From contig NIVC01001132.1 of assembly GCA_002269645.1 (NCBI GenBank), positions 1-37,411 of the forward strand: a stretch of DNA of 37,411 nucleotides, given 5' to 3'. Below the pieces are notes generated by a model. That model was not told where the DNA came from and searched no databases. It worked only from the letters and a program-made list of their open reading frames with translations. The stretch comes from Macrostomum lignano. Its lineage: Eukaryota. Both the position numbers and the translations under genes were made by a program. Numbering within the stretch: position 1 is the stretch's first letter; each line of letters opens with the position of its first letter. Shown here in pieces: positions 33,674 to 37,411 of this stretch.

Positions 33674-36578
33674 TTAGTTGTTAGCAGCTGGCGTAGTTGC
33701 GACCACTGGTGCTGAGATGTTGGTATTAGCAGAGGTAGTTGGTGCTGGTGGTGGAGGTGCTGAGTTGTTGTTGTCAGCAGATGTAGTTGGTGCTGGTGGT
33801 GGAGGTGCTGAGTTGTTGGTATCAGCAGAGGTAGTTTGTGCTGGTGGTGGAGGTGCTGAGTTGTTGGTGTCAGCAGATGTAGTTGGTGCTGGTGGTGGAG
33901 GTGCTGAGTTGTTGGTGTCAGCAGATGTAGTTTGTGCTGGTGGTGGAGGTGCTGAGTTGTTGGTATCAGCAGAGGTAGTTTGTGCTGGTGGTGGAGGTGC
34001 TGAGTTGTTGGTATCAGCAGATGTAGTTTGTGCTGAGTTGTTGGTACAACAAGAGCAGAGGCATTTCCAACAGTTGTCCATTCCATTACTGACATCGAGG
34101 GCGCCGTTGGCACATATCAGTAATAAACAGTATCCAACGCAGAACATCGGACAAAATAAAATAACCACAAGCATGCAAAACAAACACGAGCCGTATCGGT
34201 TGCGCATGGATTCAATATTTTCCTCTCGCTCATTACGATAAGGATATGCGCAGCGGACACAAAGGTATCCGAATCCCTGGATGAAGATAGAAACAATTAG
34301 CAGGTAAATTGCTTTTGTTAAGTGTTACATTATCTAAACTTGTGTCTAAAAAACCGATTTACTAAAACGGCCATTGCATCTATCATATTCTACGAGCGTA
34401 TGTCTAGCTTGATTCAAATATAAATAAACATTGATTCGAACTCACTTACACATACGAAATAAAAAAAAAATAGAAGTAGTACAAAGTTTGGTAACCACCA
34501 AAAAATTGCAATTAGTGCTATGTCTCTCTTTAAAATATAGGACAGATCTTCCTTAAATTCGCTACTGTTGCAGCACCCGTAACTGCAACAGAATGATTTC
34601 GTGCTGCTGGGGATGTTCACATCAGAGAAAGAAACGTTGACCAAAAAATCGATCTTTTCTGGGCAGGCAAGCAGCTCATCTCTGTTAATGTATATATTGC
34701 ACAGTGTGACTTCTTCATATTTGAAATTTGCTCCATCTCTGTTCATATACCGCTTGAGATCATTTGACACTTTTGTTTTAGGACTTTTTAGCAGCGCTGC
34801 GGAACCTCTTTTGTATCTTGAATGAAGCAAGGGTGGTGATGCATTGTTAACTGCAGTATTCGCTTACTTAAGAGTAGAAAGACCATGAAGTGTATTTCAA
34901 ATACACACATTTTTTCTTTGTCTGGATCCCCAAAAATATTCAAGTGCCAATTTCCATGAAAATCCAGAACACGGGCGAAGTTTTCCGCTCTATTTGATGA
35001 AGGAACTTCGAGAATCATGAAAAATCGGCATCGTCGAGATATTAAACGATTCTCCTAGGGGAGTCTGGTGGCAAAAACCACCAACATTGGCAAAATTTTT
35101 CTGCTCGAAAAATCTCATTATGAAACCACGTGGGAGTAACAAACTATGCATATCAGTCGTAGAGGCCTTTGTTCTCAGCACTCTAGGCAACAGGGTCCCC
35201 TTCATCACCGTCTGGAGCATCGGCGGCGACCGTCGGAAAAATCACGATGTTGGGGGAGCCAGCTCGTCAGGGCCGCGTGGTGGTATCCGTTGAAAGTCCG
35301 GAAGGTCGCCTGCATGTCTACAGGTTAACCTAGAGGGTCGCTATCGTCCATTTAATTCACCGATTAAGTCTACTGACTGAATGCTGCATGCAGAAGAGGA
35401 TTCTTCCATTTCAGTTTTCAGCCGTCTCTGAGATGCCGATCAGGTGCTTTTGTCGAAGGTCTCGATGGTCGCCGCCGATGCTCCAGACGGTGATAAAGAG
35501 GACCCTGGTGCCTTGAGTGCTGAGAACAAAGGCCTCTACGATGGATGGACCCAGATCATTGAGCCAATATGGATTCACTATGAAGGCTTATACAGTGTAG
35601 TGTGGGTCGTCCTTGCCACCAGTGTCTTCGAAAAGAATCGTTGAATATCTCGACGATGCTGACGTCCAATGACTTTGAAAGTTAGTTCGTCAGAAAGGGC
35701 GGGAAATTTTGATTTATAAGGTGGACTTTTAGGAAAATGGGTAATTCGGTTTGCGAGCTATCGTGAAATGGGTCGTGTGTATTTGTAATACACCCCGTGG
35801 TCTTTTCCCATGGGGGAAAATAGCGTGGGTATTTCTACTGTTAAGAGCAACAAAGGTATGAGTATAAGTGGCTACTAAAGCCTCTGACTGGTCTTACCCT
35901 TTATAATCACGCGACTCGGCGCCTAAAATGCATGAGAAGTTGAATTTAGCAGTAGTAGCTTTGAAAAACCTCAAATTCTGATAAAAAATATCAGGTAAAA
36001 TGGCTCGTTTGGCATCAACATCAACATCACTTAATTTAGTGAATGTTGATCATAAATAGCTCGTACTTGAAAACAAAGTATTGAGATGCGGACATTATAA
36101 AAGGAAGCGTTTTATGGTACATATAGGTTGGATAAATCTGTCAAAAGTTCTATTTAAAGTCCATTTTTCTTAACAGTGCGCTTATAGTTGTGCTTGCTTC
36201 TCAGCTCTCCATGACCAATAAAGTAATTCACATTAGGAGTTTCCTCAAGCTTAAAAGTCCTATTCCTTTGCTCCGTTTGAAGCTATGCAGAGATTTTGGT
36301 TTGAACAAAATAAAATTAGCAATAAATCTTCCGTTCTTCACCTTAAAAGCTCAACGCCTTAAAGACCTTAATAAAAAATCTGGAATGATAGGTTGAGTCA
36401 AAAAGATTGTGATCTGATCGGCTTTGTGCTTGAACGACAGTAGCTGATATATTCTGTGTGAACAACTACAGTTCGCATTTAAAATGTGTTTAAATATGGT
36501 GAAAAACTCACCCGTCAAAAGTCCGACAATGAGCAGTGTGATAACTGCCAGTAAATGCGTAATTTGCCAATTCTTCAT
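33674..36578 (-). CDS. Gene G: intact Shisa-like 6-Cys protein with two predicted TMs and a mucin-like repeat tail; complement join(36578-36512,35922-35898,34816-34450,34276-33674), 353 aa
   Basis: All junctions are GT-AG with phases 1/2/0, and the 1062 nt are open. Signal MKNWQITHLLAVITLLIVGLLTG, Cys domain TLC..ACPEK..SFCCSYGCC, TM1, loop, TM2 (SCLFCMLVVILFCPMFCVGYCLLLIC), then (NNSAPPPPAxTTSADT)n. Confidence 0.88.
33722..34042 (-). repeat. 48-bp coding repeat of gene G (one 33-bp partial plus 6 full units)
   Basis: Visible in ORF 33674..34207. Confidence 0.92.
34872..35840. mobile_element. 969-bp non-autonomous DNA transposon with TTAA TSD in intron 2 of gene G
   Basis: TTAA at 34868-34871 and 35841-35844. 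TIRs GAGTAGAAAGACC and the reverse complement CAGTAGAAATACC match at 11/13. The empty site with a single TTAA is present in paralogue D (about 13608-13611). Confidence 0.85.
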
Positions 36579-37411
36579 ACTCGTAAAAGTTTTGCTTGCT
36601 GTTGTGTACCTGGGATCTTGTTGCTTGGATCTTTTTAGTCCGAATGAAGAACTGCTGAGTTACGCTTAGAAATTGGGAATACAAGGCTGATTAGAAGTCA
36701 AAAAATTTATTTGCAACAGGACAACTTTTACCATAGAAAACAGATTTGCAAGCAAAAGCCCAGCGGGAGTTCTGCTTTTCGACTGAAAATTTGTATAATA
36801 CAAGCCCTAAGCTATTCGCTTTCGTTAGTTTACCTTTCTTAAGTTTACTTTTCTCACGTATTTCCACTGCTATGCTGCTTTGCATAAAAGCGTCAGGTTA
36901 ATTGGTATCGATTGATTGAGGCTTTTACTCGTAGAATGGCTATACACAGATATAACCTAAATTCGATGTCAAAATTCACTAAAAATTTACTCATCGTAAA
37001 TAACAATGATGTTTTCTAGCGAGGAACGCCGACGGGTACCTTAGATAGATTAGTTGAAGAGAAAGGTGCACGAATCCTTATGTAAATATGGAACCAAGGA
37101 CTACGAAGGACACCGGACGGGAAACTACGTTTTTTGGAAAATTTTAGGCGGTAGTTTTTTTTTAATAATAATTTACGGAGACAGCTAGGGATTTGCTGTT
37201 ACAGCACAAAAACTATTAACGCTTTTTCATAGGTGACAAATCCTATATTAATCTTTTGATGTGTTTTGTCTTTCTTTTACCTCTATTGATATTCATAGAG
37301 CTTTTCGTTAGCAAAGAAGAATTTTCAACTGTTATAAATTATAAAACTATAAATTTATGTACATTGCTTTGAAGTCGTTAGTAAAGTAACGGAAAATGTT
37401 GAAAATTATAT

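Larger units (their letters stand above)
33420..37411 (-). repeat. Right arm of the inverted segmental duplication (gene G locus); may extend past the window end
   Basis: Reverse complement of about 12065-19620 once the TE inserts are removed. Confidence 0.9.

Overview
Eukaryotic (invertebrate-animal-like) genomic DNA with spliceosomal introns, not prokaryotic. The repeat content reminds me of the flatworm Macrostomum, but that is an unverified guess. The main hidden structure is a cluster of seven paralogous spliced genes, here called A-G (A -, B +, C +, D +, E -, F -, G -), which the ORF track shows only as fragments. All share one architecture: a signal-peptide exon (phase 1), a 25-52 nt micro-exon ending [YF][KN]G (phase 2), and an exon encoding a six-cysteine C..CP-x23-CC..CC ectodomain plus a TM helix (phase 0 in B-G; A's exon runs off the window edge). 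This matches Shisa-like/STMC6 single-pass adaptors, but the spacer is unusually long and invariant. The C-termini differ sharply: Pro/Tyr or PPxY tails in B and C, a Cys-rich tail in E and F, and a second predicted TM plus a 16-aa mucin-like repeat in D and G. The cluster shows birth-and-death evolution: a head-to-head pair, an inverted duplication (D/G), a direct duplication (E/F), a chimeric nonsense-bearing copy (E), and a very young Mag-type Ty3/Gypsy element inserted in the coding repeat of D. Other mobile DNA: an internally deleted Bel/Pao element, non-LTR retrotransposon fragments, a Tc1 deletion derivative, a TTAA-flanked fold-back MITE, two copies of a tRNA-derived SINE, a tyrosine-recombinase fragment, an orphan tRNA-Leu PBS, and several mini/microsatellites. 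Gene models were assembled by eye from GT-AG sites, phase compatibility and paralogue alignment; none is transcript-verified.
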